Assembly (NCBI RefSeq): GCF_009914755.1 | Contig: NC_060934.1 | Reading direction: 5' to 3' (one strand) | DNA length: 64,000 bases | From: the human T2T-CHM13v2.0 reference genome, Homo sapiens | Shown here: positions 24,093-37,689 of the stretch, one piece after another | Layout of the letters: every line of letters begins with the position of its first letter | Position numbering within the stretch: the first letter of the stretch is position 1 | Notes under the pieces: generated by a model | What the model saw: only the letters and a program-made list of their open reading frames with translations | The model's database searches: none | Told to the model about the DNA's origin: nothing | Translations under genes and position numbers: made by a program

Positions 24093-26813
24093 TGTATTAG
24101 TTTCCTAGGGTTGCCATCACAAAGTTCCACAAATGGGATGGCTTAAAACAAATTTGCTGCCTCACAGTTTGGGAGGCTTGAAGTTCAAAGTCAAGGTGTT
24201 GGTAGGCAATGCCATGCTCCTTCTGAAACCTTTAGGGAAGAGTCCTTCCTTGGATCTTCCCAGCTTCTGGTGGTTTGCTGCCTATCCTTGTCATTCTTTG
24301 GCTTCCATCTATAGCATTTCAGTCTCTGCCTTGGTCATCACATGGCATTCTCCCCTCCTGTGTCTTTCTGTGTCTGTGCCTTGTCTCTTTTTATAAGGGC
24401 ACCAGGCATATTAAATTAAAGGCCTACCTTACTCCAGTATAACCACATTTTAACTTCACTAGTCACATCAGTCATGATCCTATTTTCAAATAAGAGCACA
24501 TTCTGAGTAAAGGATTTGATGTGGTTGGGCTCTGTCCCCACCCAAAATCTAATCTTGAACTGTAATCCCCATAATCCCCATGTGTCAAGGGTGGGACCAG
24601 ATGGAGGTAATGGAATCATAGGGGCGCTTTCCTCCTTGCTGTTCTTGTGATAGTGAGTATCACGAGATCTGATGGTTGTATAAGTGTCTGCCATTTCCCC
24701 TGCTTGCACTCACTCCTTCCTGCCACCCTGTGAACAAGGTTCCTGCTTCTCCTTTGCCTTCTGCCATGATTGTAAGTTTCCTGAGGCCTCCCAAGCTCTA
24801 CAGAACTGTGAGTCAATTAAAGCTCTTTCCTTTATAGATTACCCAGTATTCGTTATTCCTTCATAGCAGTATGAGAATGAATTAATACAGTAATTGGTAC
24901 CAAGGTAGTGGGGCACTGCTGTAAAGATACCTGAAAATGTGGAAGTGACTTTGGAACTTATTAACAGGCAGAGGTTGGGAACAGTTTGGAGGGATCAGAA
25001 GAAGATAGAAATATGTGGGAAAGTGTGGAACTTCCTGGAGACTTAATGGCTTTGACCAAAATGCTGATAGTAATGTGGACAATTAATTCCAGGTTGAGGT
25101 GTGTCAGATGGAGATGAGGAACTTGTTGGATACTGGAGTAAAAGTCACTCTTGCTATGCTTTAGCAAAGAGACTGGCAGCATTTTGCCCTTGCCCTAGAG
25201 ATCTGTGGAACTTTGAACTTGAGAGAGTTGATTTAGGGTATCTGGCTTCAAGAGGAAGCAGAGCATAAAAGTTTGGAAAATTTGCAGCCTGACGATGTGA
25301 TAGAAAAGAAAAACCCATTTTCTGGGGAGAAATTCAAGCCAGCTGCAGAAATTTGCATAAGTAACAAGGAGCCGAATATTAATCACCAAGACAATGGGGA
25401 AAATGTCTCCAGGGCATGTTAGAGACCTTCAGAGCAGCCCCTCCCATCACCGGCCTGGAGGCTTAAGAGGGAAAAATGGTTTTGTGGGCTGGGCCCAAGA
25501 CCCCCACTGCTGCTCTGTGTAGCCTCAGGACTTGGTGCCCTGCATTCCAGCTGTGGCTAAAAGAGGCCAATGGACAGCTTGGGCCATTGCTTCAGAGGGT
25601 GTAAGCCCCAAGCCTTGGTGGTTTGCATGTGGTACTGGGCCTGCAGGTACACAGAAGTCAGAAATTCAGGTTTGAGAACCTCCACTCAGATTTCAGAAGA
25701 TATATGGAAGTGCCCGGATTTCCAGGCAGAAGTTTGCTGCAGGGATGGAGCCCTCATGGAGGATGTCTGCTACGGCAATGTAGAAGGGAAATGTGGGGTT
25801 GGAGCCCCACACAGAGTCCCCATTGTGGCACTTCCTAGTGGAGCTATGAGAAGAGGGACACCATCCTCCAGACCCCAGAATGGTGGATCTGACAGCTTGC
25901 AACATGCACCTGGAAAAGATGCAGGCACTCAATACCAGCCTGTGAAAGCAGTCAGGAGTGGGGCTGTACCCTGAAAAGCCACAGGGGCAGAGCTGCCCAA
26001 TACTGTGGGGACCCACCTCTTGCATCAGCAAGACCTGGATGTGAGACATGAAGAGTCAAAGGACATCATTATGGAACTTTAATGTTTAATGACTGCCCTA
26101 TTGGATTTAGGACTTGCATGGGTCCTGTAGCTTCTTTATTTTGGCCAGTTTCTCCCATTTGGAACAGGTGTATTTACCCAATGCCTGTACCCCTATTCTA
26201 TATGTGAAGTAACTATCTTGCTTTCGATTTTACAGGCTCATAGGCAGAAAGACTTGCCTTGTCTCAGATGAAATTTTGGACGTGGACTTTCAGGTTAATT
26301 CTGGAATGAGCTAAGACTTTGGAGGACTGTTGAAAAGGATGGTTGTGTTTTAAAATGTGAGTACACGAGATTTGGGAGGGGTGATGGGTGGAATGATATG
26401 GTTTGGCAGTGTCCTCACCCAAAATCTCACCTTGAATTGTAATCCCCATAATCCCCACATGTCAAGAGCAGGACCAAGTGGAGGTAATCAGATAATGGGG
26501 CCAGTTCCACCATGCTGTTCTCGTGATAGTAAGTGAGTCTCACAAGATCTGATGGTTTTATAAGTGTCTGACGTTTCCCTTGCTTGTACTGACTTCGTTC
26601 TGCTGCGCCGTGAAGAAAGTTCCTCCTCTTCTTTGCCTTCTGCCATGATTGTAAGTTTCCTGAAGCCTCCCCAGCAATGCAGAACTGTGAGTCAACTAAA
26701 CCTCTTCCCTTTATAAATTACCCAGTCTTGGATATTTCTTCATAGCAGTGTGAGAATGGACTAATATGGGATTTAATATATATTTTGGGGGAAACACAGT
26801 CCAACCCATAATA
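24093..26813 (-). mobile_element. MLT1C-like MaLR solo LTR split by THE1 (24093-24516 and 26774-26813)
   Basis: TGTATTAGTTTCCTAGGGTTGCCATCACAAAGTTCCACAAA start; resumes TATTTTGGGGGAAACACAGTCCAACCCATAATA; 5-bp TSD ACACA (24088-24092, 26814-26818). Confidence 0.88.
24517..26768 (+). mobile_element. Full-length THE1 (THE1C/D-like) MaLR provirus: 5'LTR 24517-24889, internal 24890-26393, 3'LTR 26394-26768
   Basis: Two LTRs TGAT(G/A)TGGTT...TAATA(CA/TG); THE1-int sequence; purine-rich tract before the 3'LTR; 5-bp TSD GGATT (24512-24516, 26769-26773). Confidence 0.96.
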
Positions 26814-27099
26814 ACACACAAACATGTATGCACAGTGAAATAATAGTTCCATGAATCATCATTCATTTTTAACTGCGTGATTTTTCTACTCCCTTTTACT
26901 ATGGTAAAGACTGGTTTTGACCCCTCTAAGTTGATTTCGCCACCCACTAATAGATACAACCCCCAGCTGGAAAAACTCTGTTCTAGAAAGGGAGATAGGC
27001 ATGCAGAGGAATACTTACCATATAATATTATGGATGCTAAGAGAAGAATGCATAACATGAATATTCTAGCATGGGGAAAACTTTGTTTATGCAAGTAAT

Positions 27100-27660
27100 G
27101 TAAATCTACATAAGAGGTGACATTGGTTGAGTCTCAAAAGATAAATAGGAGTCACCAGTGGTGGAAATGGGGGCTTGGCAGAAATATAAAGAAAGATGAT
27201 GAATGTAGGTATGTAGGGATGATTTGATGCTTGGAGGATAAATAGGAGTTGATGGAAAAAATGAGGTCAGTTTACAATAGGTCTTACATACTATGCTAAA
27301 AAGTTTGGCTTTTATTCTGTAATAATGAAGAATTATGGACAATAATAATAGAATGGTTAAGAACATGGGTGCGAATTACTTGGGTTTAAATCCCAATATG
27401 ATCTTTGAGTAAGTAACTTCTTTCTTTGCCTTGGTTTTCTGACATATAACTGAGAATGCCACCTGCTTCATTGAGTTGTAGAAGTAAGTGAGCCATTATC
27501 TGAAAAAAAAAATTGTTCCTCATCTACAGTGGGCCCACACTTAGGGTTAGTTATTGCTTTTGTAATTTGTTTTGAAGGCTTTTAAGCAAGGGAATTAAAG
27601 AAGGTGAGCAAGTGTGATTGGAGAGTTTGAAGATCATTTCAGATAAGTACATAGACTAAG
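27100..27660. mobile_element. L2 (antisense) remnant with an inserted MIR (about 27340-27560, +)
   Basis: TATGCTAAAAAGTTTGGCTTTTATTCTG (L2); ATGGTTAAGAACATGGG...TGGGTTTAAATCCCA (MIR). Confidence 0.6.
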
Positions 27661-28289
27661 GCCATTAGGTGAGAAATAAAAATAATCAACCAGTGCTATA
27701 CAACAGTTCCAAAGTCCACCCTTCATAAATATTTCGTTCTGCTCCCCCGACTTCCAGGATGACTGGAATAACTGGTTGTTTAGGTATCTTGTAGATAAGG
27801 TCAGTCAAGTCTCTCTCTCTGGACAGTTCTATTCACAAGAATATATTTGTCACCATTTTTATAGTTCAAGTCTGAAAATGAGGGCATTACCTTTCTACTT
27901 TATGAAAATACTCCCCAAAGGCAGTCCTTGGGGATTTGTAAATACTCTTGGAGCTTCAAAACTTAATTTTTAAAATAAGCCGTTTCAAATGGACAAATTA
28001 AAATGATCTGCCATTATTATGTCATTATGTCATTCTATTTTGTATGATAAACTGAATGTAATGTATTTTACATAATATAATGAAACAGTTCAAAATATTT
28101 AGCTAAGACTTTGCTCAAAGTCAAAAATATTTTGTTAAAGTTTTTTCACCATTTTGGGTTAATGTTGGCACTGGATCCAAAAGTTTATCATAATTAGACG
28201 TTTTCTTTTTTTCAACAACCTTCATTTTGTCTTTAGCCCACTCGGCTTGGCTTTAATGAGAGCTGACAACTCTAAGGTCATATTAGTAG

Positions 28290-28720
28290 TGGTTACTGCA
28301 GCTGCACTGGGTGTGGTGAATGTATCTGTGAAGAAATCTGTGTCTCAACCCCACTCGGGGCAGCTGCCTTCAAATGGAGCAAAGATTGGAGCCAGCCAAA
28401 TGAACCACAGCGATGAATCGGTATCAAAGGGAAAGGTAGAGGAAATCCTATCTCGGGAACCCAGGGATCAGCCCAGCCCGACAAGGGCCTCGTGAGCGGG
28501 CAAGGGAGCAGTCCCGCTGCAGGAACTGCCTCGGAACCCGGGTTTCCTAAAGCAGCGCAAAGCCCTCCGTATACCCACGCGCTGGCGTGAGCATGCCCAC
28601 TCCTGCTGCGCAACGCTGGGAGGCGCCCATTTCTCCTCTGTCCTCTGGAGGTCGCAAGGCTGTAGGGCTGGGTGATGCACTGACGGAGCAGCAAAGATTC
28701 TGCAAACGATTGTGTTGTGC
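28290..28720. promoter_or_regulatory. CpG-retaining non-repeat segment, candidate enhancer/insulator with a CTCF-like motif at 28613-28626
   Basis: Local CpG cluster in an otherwise CpG-depleted window; ACGCTGGGAGGCGC resembles the CTCF core CCACCAGGGGGCGC. Confidence 0.45.
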
Positions 28721-29545
28721 TTTGGCTAAAGGCAGCCCTGAGGATTATAGCAGTGAAGGTCACTTGCAAATATAGTTCCTGGCTCCAGGTCTGAAGAAAT
28801 TTTACTTTCAGGGCTTGAAAACTAAGGTTCAGAGAACTCACCAGGCAATATGAAGATTTTGTAGACAGCTGCCCTGGCAGAGAGAAGGGGACTAGTTGTC
28901 AGCAGACCTTGGCAAGAGCCCAGCAAAGCGGGGCTATGGTGGGAGGGGGAAACAAGGCGGTTATTGGGGAGCTGGACTTTCATGTTACATAAAACAGCCC
29001 TACATGTTAATACAACTTCTGTATATGGAAACAACTGTGAACCAGCATAAAAGGATTTTTGTTTTTGTTACGATCTCCTTTCTCAGTGATTGCAAAGAGA
29101 AGTGCCCCCATTTAGTCCCCTAACACTTTCCAGGGGTTTTGTAAACTAAGCTTTACTTCTTCGAGATTTCCATGGATTCTTAAAGCACACCATTACTGAC
29201 AGCAACCATATACAATAATACCTACCTGAAGTTTAGTCACTGGTATAGCAGGATACATTTTCTGATTTATATACAAAACACATAGGGAAAGACAAAACGA
29301 TTTTAGGTTCTTGAACTTTAAAAAATAACTTTTGTTTCATTTTATCACAAACTAATTTATATCTTTTACCGAAAACTTAGAAAACACAGAAAGACAAACT
29401 GAAGACAAATAAACATCATTATAACCCTACTGTTCTGAGATAACCAAAATGTAATTTGTATGTTCTTTGGTGGCAGGAACCATACATTGTTTACTTCCGA
29501 ATTTTCACAGTGTTCAGAGCCTCACATAGATGAAGTCATTGGTTT

Positions 29546-30134
29546 TTTAGAGGCCAAGGGAAAACTTCCCCTTTGCCCTCTGAAGGGTTGCTCAAACATC
29601 GACTCACAAAAGACAGAAATGGCATACAAAATTATTAGCATGCACAGGGGAGGAGCACAGAGTATATATCCCAATGGATTACAGATAATTATATATCCTT
29701 TTCCTTAGGGGAAAAGGAGATGGAGAAGTATGGATGATTTGATGGAGCATAATAAATTATCTTTAGGAGAATTCAATGGGCTTCAATAACATACAATGGC
29801 CTGGGACAAAGTCTGTTGGGCCCTTAGAGCAGACAGTGATTTGTGACAAAAGTCTGTCCAAGTGTGTTGACAGATTTCAGTCTTTCTTTCTGCAAGATGA
29901 GTTCAGTTAATAAAAGCTTAGAAAAGGAGCCCAAGGTAACTGTTTTCTTCTTTGGCATGTCTGAAATTTGGGCAGATAAAGAAACTTCAGAGAACAATTT
30001 ATATTCTGTGCTTTGGAAATGACAAAGGATTGATAGACAGGAGGAGCAGGGCAAGGTCAGAGACCTAAAACCTTCTTCTTCAGTTCTCATGTCAAAGTGC
30101 TAGATTTTGGGATAATGGTTTCTGAGCTCCCACA
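29546..30134 (-). mobile_element. ERV1 (MER39/MER39B-like) solo LTR
   Basis: Minus start TGTGGGAGCTCAGAAACCATTATCCCAAAATC; end GGGAAGTTTTCCCTTGGCCTCT; 4-bp TSD GTTT. Confidence 0.82.
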
Positions 30135-30949
30135 GTTTCAACCTTGATGGAGCATCTGTGATATCTGTAGAATGAAAAATAAGTACATAAACAAAATGCC
30201 TACGCCTGTGCTCTACCTCAAACTTAACTGCCTCAGATTGTTTTAGTGGTGGCTAGATCGTAGTATTGCAAAGAAACTCCACGGTGATTTTGTCACAGTT
30301 GCCAAGTAATAGATTTAATACTGAAAAACAGTTTTTAAATCAAATGAAATGTTTTGGGTTTTGTTGTAAAATAAAAGCGGGCATACAAACAAGACGTAGT
30401 TATCTTTTCCCCCAACTGCTGACTTTGCTTACATTCCTTAATGCCTCAAGCCAGCAGGGAGCTACCATGCATGTTTGAAAATAAGTGTTTCACATCTTGA
30501 AGGTTTAACTTCAATCTTGTTGAACAAGGCCTGGCCCATAATTTTACTTAATCACTCCATGCCTAATTTTTAAGGTTGGCTATTCTGTGTGCCACTTAAT
30601 CAAACATCTAATAGCAATCTTCAAATATCATTATATAGTTTGAACTTGACTCCACCCTTGCTTCAATTGGAAGCATGATTTTTTAAATTCTTTTAAATTT
30701 GAAAACACTTAGAACACATCTTTTGGCTTCGTTTTAGTTTACCATTAAGTTAGTTCTGGTTTTGATTTTGGCTTTTCTCAATTTCTTCCTCTTTGAAACA
30801 GGCCGACACTCTGGCCTTTGCCCACAAGGGGATCTTAGAACTCAGAGACCAGATAATACAATTTAGTTGAAGTCCCCTAAGATTTTTCTCTTCACTTTGG
30901 AGTCCTTCTTTTCTTATTTAAAATTCTGTATACAAGTCTATTGTGCACA

Positions 30950-31995
30950 CTTTATTCATCCACTCCACAAATACTGATGGAACACTCATTATGTCCCTGG
31001 TACTGTTAGAGGTTCTGGGGATTCAAGAACGAATAAAACATACAAAGATCCAGCAATCTAGTAGATTTTACAATCTAGTGGGAGGGGACTGAAAATAAAG
31101 CAGTGACTATGTAATATGTCAGGTATTAATTCATGCCATAAGAAACAATTAAGCTGCTTATGAAGTGTCTATTTTGCATAGAGTGGAAAGAGAAAGTTCT
31201 CTTGAGAAGTAGCGGATGGCTATTTCATATAGGAAGGATAGAGAAGGCTTCTCTTTCATCAGAGAATCTAAGGCAGCAGGGAGCAAGCCATGAATATGTC
31301 TGGGGAAAAGAATGTTCCAGGCTGAGGCCACAATAGATTAAAAACCCTTTGGATCATATATGGATAAAGAAGAGGCCAGAGTGGCTGGGGCACAATAATG
31401 AAAGTCACAGAGGCAGGAGATAAGGTCAGAGAGATAGTGCAGGGGATAGGCAAGATCATGTAGAGACTTGTAGGCAAAGTAAAAATGTGGGATTACGTCT
31501 GAGCTAAGAAGCTATTGAAAGAGTTTGGAAGAAATAGTGACATAATCTGACATATTTTTAAAAGATCACACTGAACACTGGGAGGAAATAAGAGTGGGGG
31601 CTGTTGCAAATATCTCACTGAGGAGAAAGGTGGCTAGGATACGGTTAGTAGTAGTGGAGGTGGTAAAAACATTGTCAGCTTTTGATGGTAGAGCCAACAG
31701 GATTTGCTGAGGACTAGATGAGGTATGACAGAAAAAGAGGAGTGAATGTGACTCTGAGGTTTTTGGCTTGCATAACTGACAGTGGAGTTCTCACTTACTG
31801 CAATGGGTAAGAAAGTGCAAGAAGCTTTTTGGATGTAAGTGAAATTAAGGGTGCGATTTTAGACGCATTAAATTTGAGATGCCTGTTAGATATCTAAATG
31901 GTGATAAAAACAGGCAGATGGGTACAAGAAGTTGAGTTCAAGGGAGAGGTTGGGACAGGAGTTATAAATTTGGGGATTGTCAGCTTTAAAATGAT
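30950..31995 (-). mobile_element. L2 (L2a-like) 3' part
   Basis: ATTCATCCACTCCACAAATACTGATGGAACAC tail and typical antisense L2 body (TTTGAGATGCCTGTTAGATATCTAAATGG). Confidence 0.8.
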
Positions 31996-32700
31996 GTATC
32001 TGTCAGGACTGGATTTGGTTGCAAATGCCAGAATACCAAAACTACATTTTTTTTTTTTTGAGACAGATTCTCACTCTGTCATTCAGGCTGGAGTGCAGTG
32101 GCACCATTTAGGCTCACTGTAACCTTGGCCTCCTGGGTTCAAGCGATTCTCATGCCTCAGCCACCTGAGTATCTGGGATTACAGGCATGTACCACCATGC
32201 CTGGCTAATTTTTGTACTTTTAGTAGAGATGGGGTTTTGCCATGTTGCCCAGGCTGGTCTCAAATTCTTGGCCTCAAGTGATACTCCCACCTCGGCTTCC
32301 CATTGTTTTAAATGAACTAGGAGTTTATATCTCTTTCATGTAAAAAGTCTGAAGGTGAGCAGTTCACAAGTATAACTCCACAATCATCAGGGAACTAGAC
32401 TTTTTCTACCTTATTGCTCTGCTATCAGTATGTGACTTTGATCTTATGGTAAAATGTGGCTGCCTGACCTCCAGCTATTCTGTCTCCATTCATGCCAGCA
32501 GGCAGAGAAAAGAACGAAGAGAATGTGTTCCCTCCTGTTAAGAACTCTATCTAAAAGCCGCATGTGACATTTCTGATTACAGCCCACTGGGCAGAACTTA
32601 GTTATTTGGACACACCTAAATGCAACAGAAGTGCACTCTTTATTCAGGAAATCCATATACTAACTAAAATTTGGGGTCTTTCTTACCATTGAAGATAAAC
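31996..32700 (-). mobile_element. MLT1K-like MaLR LTR interrupted by an Alu
   Basis: GGCTGCCTGACCTCCAGCTATT...GGGCAGAACTTAGTTATTTGGACACACCTAAATGCAA. Confidence 0.7.
32047..32302 (-). mobile_element. Alu (old S/J type) lacking about 40 bp at its 5' end
   Basis: Poly(T) then Alu body ending at CTCGGCTTCCCA. Confidence 0.9.
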
Positions 32701-32859
32701 TAAAGTACTTTGTCACAAATGATATTTAAGTCAGCACTGGATAGATTACTTAAATATAGAGAAAGGGAAAAAAAAGATTAGCTCGTATTTACCTAAAGGC
32801 ATAGGTACTTCTATGTTCTCAGTCTTCTGGCAAGGGCCAAACCTGTGTCTTGCTCTATT

Positions 32860-33405
32860 TATCTCCGTTAACTATTACTGTGGAATAAATTACTCCAAAG
32901 CAAAATGACATAATAACAATATTGTTATTACTTATACATCAATGGGTTTATAAGAGTTCAGCTGAATAATGTTTCTATTAATTTCTTTGAGGTTCGTATG
33001 AGGCTGCATTGGTTGGAAAGTGCAATATTGCCTCACTTACATTTCTAGTGCCTTGGTGGAGATGGCTGGAAGTCTAGGCTCAGCTGGGGTGTTAGGATGG
33101 CTGAGGCACTCTCTCCATGAAATTTCAGGGCCTCTCTCTCTCTACATAGCCTCTGTCTGTTGTTTCTCCATGTGGTCTCTCCAGCAGAGTAGCCTGGCTT
33201 ATTACATGCTAGTTCAAGGCTCATAAGAGCATAAAAGCTACATGGACTTCTTAAGTCTTAGCTCCAAAACTGGCAGAATGCCACTTCTGCTGCATACCCT
33301 TGGAAAAGTACCCCAGAGCCAAATTTTTGGGAGAGAGACTTTCACAACAGCATGAATACCAGGAGGTAGGGCTCATTAGGGCTATTTTTGAAGATTAGCT
33401 ACCAT
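32860..33405 (-). mobile_element. MLT1G/H-like MaLR LTR
   Basis: CATGAATACCAGGAGGTAGGGCTCATTAGGGCTATTTTTGAAGATTAGCTACCA end; AACTGGCAGAATGCCACTTCTGCTGCAT. Confidence 0.7.
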
Positions 33406-33609
33406 GTGTTCTAATGAACAAAAATGTGATATGCCTGCATCATCTAGAAAGCAGGTTGAAGATATTATTTTTCACAAGTGCAAAACCACAGTACCCTCAC
33501 TATCATTGCTTGGACTCCTGGTCACTGTAGCAACGCTCTAATGGAGATCCACAGAAAATCCATCAAAAGGGACCTGAATGCCAAGGTGCTGTCATGTGAA
33601 TTAGGTCAA

Positions 33610-34170
33610 ATGAACATTTGAATGCATCCCATGTGCTAGGTGCTATGTTGAGAACTTTAACAAATATTATCAGATTAAGTTCTCACTAGAGCACCATGAA
33701 AAAATTATTATCTGCATTTCACACATGAGGTTGAGCAAATTGTCCAAGGTTACCCATTCTACTTTATGATAGAGCTGTGGGATTTAGTGCCTGTCATTCT
33801 CTCACACTTGACCTGCTACCTGTGTTAACTCACTTTGCATTTCATGCCTCTGTGGTTTTAAAAATGATGTTCCAGCAGGAACACCTGCTTCTCCTGTGGT
33901 TGCCTAGGCATTTATTTTCTAAATGAATTCAGGAGATCATCTTAGAAGCCTTCCCTGACCACCTCTTTCTTACCTGCTGATGTCTTTAGCCCTCTCTGTC
34001 TTTCTTAGGTGCTTTATGTACTCTTCTAACTGTGACTCAAAAAAGTATAATTCCAGTTATAATGTTTGTCTTTCTAATTGACTATGACCTCCAGTGAGGG
34101 CACAGACATTACAAAAAACTCATTTTGCCCCAAGAAACAGCCCAGTGCCTGGCAGTTAGTGATTTTGTTG
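33610..34170. mobile_element. MIR (-, about 33610-33800) and L2 3' end (+, about 33830-34170)
   Basis: TGTCCAAGGTTACCCA (MIR); AGAAGCCTTCCCTGACC...CAGTGCCTGGCA (L2). Confidence 0.65.
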
Positions 34171-37100
34171 ATTAAAGATAAAATAGATGAAGGCATAATC
34201 TCTGCCTTTAGAGTAAGTCGTAAACTTCTGGGGCCAGGCAGGTAACATCAACATAGACAATATGAGCATAAACGGTAGGGAATGGAGGAGCATGGGGAGA
34301 ATTCTATGGTGACTGCGGAAAGTTTGGCTCCACCTAAAGATATTCAAAATCAAATGTTTAGTTAAACAATAAACAACTTTTTAAAAAAGTATACAAACCA
34401 GAATAGTCTTGTGGCATGTGTTTTTCCACCTTTTCCTTAGAGACTTTATACAATAATGGGGACAAATTCTAAGGGAAATCTGCAAGAACTGGAGTAAATA
34501 GGAAGAGGTTTATCCATAGAGCTCCCACACTCTGCAGTGCACTAAAAGCACACAGCAGATTAATTATTTGGCTGGGCCACAGGCCATATCTTTAAGTAGC
34601 TTCTGTGGTAACAAGCACCTTCCCCTTCTTTATTTGGCACGTTCTTTATTCAGTGTCTGCGTAGTGCCCCACAGCAATGCATGAGTTGGCACATCTTCCA
34701 AAGACGTTTTTTGTGCCTGTAAATATTTTAAGAATTGAACTGCTCCTTTATACCAAAGGCTATCTGTGCTCTATTTAATACCCGTGATGGGGCCCTGATT
34801 CAATTCAGCTATATATAACAAGTTATTATTATTATTATTTTAATTACAATCAGATATATTAATTGGTTTATGGATGCAGAGCAGTTCTTCAAGGAGGCTA
34901 CTTTATTTTTATGTGTTACAATTCTCATTCTGTGAGTGAATACTGCCCAATTAATCCTTGTGAGTTTTGGCCAATGAAACAGCTGGAGCCCAACTTAGAA
35001 GTCAGAGTAGTAGGCTTAAGCTGTCATGTTTATTTATTTATGAGAATTCAGTCAGTAGTGTTTTCATCATACTATCAAAATTTTAATGTACTCCTTTGAA
35101 TTATATATTTAAAATTTTTAAGAGCCTAATTTTATTTAGGGAGCAAAGTTCAGTGGAGGTCAATCCAGAGAGGGGTTGCAGGTAGTTGTCAACTCTGCTT
35201 GTTTCACTGGAAGTTGTAAATTAATATCAACTAATTAAGGCAATGGCGCCCTTTCTAGAATTTTGTTTGTCAGCTATGATTTTAGCAATTCCATTGTGCT
35301 CATTGTTTCATGGTTACATTCACATTTGTACTCCTATAAATGGCATAAAGCCTTCTTAACCTAATGAATTTTATATTCTTTTAGGAGGAAGTAAATGGAA
35401 TTTTTTATGGAAAAAATTAAATTTAGGTTAAGCCAGGGCTCTACAGATCAAAACCAATTTTCAGATATTATGGTCTGAAAACCAGACTCTACTTTCACTG
35501 ATCTGGTGGAATTATGTGATTTATCAGGTTACTGTTGTTTTATCAATGAGAGCAGATTCCAACCATTTATACACACTGGTGACTCTAGAATACTAATCTC
35601 AAAGATGACCTTGGTAATAGAAGTTTCTGTTTCTAAAAACACATCCCAGACTTCACTTGGCACTGTGGAGGTTTCACATCAAATAGCCGAATTTGGGAAG
35701 GAATGAGTCGAAAACTTCCAAGCATAACAGAAAAATGTTAGCCCTTATTGAAATTCTTAAGGGAAAGCAAATTACAGACCACCTTTCCTTTTTTAGGAAG
35801 GTTGATAATATATTCATAATGGAAATGGAATGGCATGGACTTAACTAAAATTAAGAAAAGTCTCCCTTCCTCATAAATTTAGGAATTATGCCCTTAATTG
35901 TAAATTATGACTAGCTAACTCAACAGAGGTATTATTTTATTAATGAATTGTTTAGGGATTGTTTAAAAAAATTTTTTTTGATGTGTACATGTGTGCATAT
36001 CTGCATGGTTATGTACCTTGGGAGGGCTGGGCATGGATTCCAGAGTGGTCAGTGAAGCAGAAGCAAAGAGATGCTGGTCTATCACGGGGTCTCACTTGGG
36101 ACATACTTGTCCCAGGCCAATGAACTGGTAAACCACTGGCATGTTTGAACACTGATGATAACACCCTGCAGGTAGAGCTAGCCAGATGGACACACTCAAT
36201 TACTATCACACCATTGCTCATTTATCCTTAGAGTTTTTATCTCTATTTCAAAGAGCTACTCCTGACAATCCATGTGGTTTAGTTTAGAAGACTATTTATA
36301 ACATTCCTGGTGCTTGAACAGGACATCAATGTGATCACATTCTTATAGCTCAGGGAGAGAAAGCAGAGTCAATGTCTAGGTATCTGTGAATAATGTGTTT
36401 GTCTTCAGCTCTCCAGGCTTCTGCAAAGCCCATTTTTCTGCAAGCACTTACATATCTGTTATAAGTACATTTTGGTTCCACTATCCTATTAGCCTTGGAA
36501 TTCACTGACAACAAATAGAAAAATATGAAAATGACTCATGTAAGCTGTGAACTACTCAAGAGTCATAAATTTAAATTTAAGTTAAACTTAAGACGGGAAG
36601 ATTGCCTCTTAAATGGTAAATAAAACCTATTTTAACATGGTGTTTTCTAAAAAGTAGATTTTGCTTTAATATCTTGATAAATAAATGCCAGTCTCAGAGT
36701 TGAGCCAGACTACTTCTAAACTCTGATCTTATTAGTTTGGGGAGCAATTGGCCCAGCATCATACAGAAGTTTCACAAGGCTCATAAAATAACCTCTTCCC
36801 TGAGCCTCTGGCATCCAGGCATTCAAGTGCATGCAACTTTGTAATATTTTCACAGCAGGATCCTGCAGGCTTTGAGTGATGTTGCCATTTTCTGGAGTTC
36901 TCAGCAGTGCAGCTCTTCTACCCAGTTGCAAACAATTTCACTGATCAGTAGCTCTGGCTTAGCTTCACCCTCATAAATTTAATAATTCATTTGGCAGGTG
37001 CAAAGCAGACAGATCTCAAAAAAATGTGCAGATTCTTGGAAGAGCCAGGAAAAAGACTCACCAATTCTTTAGTTCCTTTTGGATCTCAACATTTAATATT

Positions 37101-37334
37101 GTTTTTAGTTCCAGCATGTTCAGCCACCAGGGATGTATTTTTTAATTCTTTAAATGGTATTCTTCTTTCTTCTGTAAAATGACTTCTATCTGTGGAATCC
37201 ATATAAAAGCCATGGATATCAATAGGTTGCTAAATGTGGCCATGGAGCTGGGCCAGTGAAGCATGGGAACAGAGCATCAACTTAGTGTCTGTCTGGCACA
37301 TTGCTGCAGGCACATCCAACTGTGATCATACAGA

Positions 37335-37337
<3 letters not shown>

Positions 37338-37379
<42 letters not shown>
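37338..37379. repeat. (GT)21 microsatellite
   Basis: Perfect GT run. Confidence 0.97.
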
Positions 37380-37381
<2 letters not shown>

Positions 37382-37384
37382 CCA

Positions 37385-37610
37385 CACAGGGCCAGACTGT
37401 CTGGCCCAAATTCCAGCTCTGCTACTTACCAGCCGGGTAAGTAATCTTGGGTATGTTTTTAAGCCTCCTCGAGTCTCATCTTTAATTTGCAGAAACTGAC
37501 CATCTCTCATTGTATGTGAGGAATGAACAAGTTAATACATGTAAATAGGTTTTTTTTTTAACATGCCAGGCATACAAGAAGTTCTCAATAAATATAAACT
37601 CTTATCATTA
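37385..37610 (+). mobile_element. MIR
   Basis: AAATTCCAGCTCTGCTACTTACCAGC...ATGCCAGGCATACAAGAAGTTCTCAATAAATAT. Confidence 0.75.
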
Positions 37611-37689
37611 TAATTGTTATCTTCACTCTCATGAAGAGATCTGGCTATCATCTATAATTTTTTCCTATATTGCTAACAAATTGCTCTTT

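Noticed and set aside
28293-28841. 182-aa minus-strand ORF as a gene
   Set aside because: No ATG start or recognisable domain; expected in locally GC-rich sequence.
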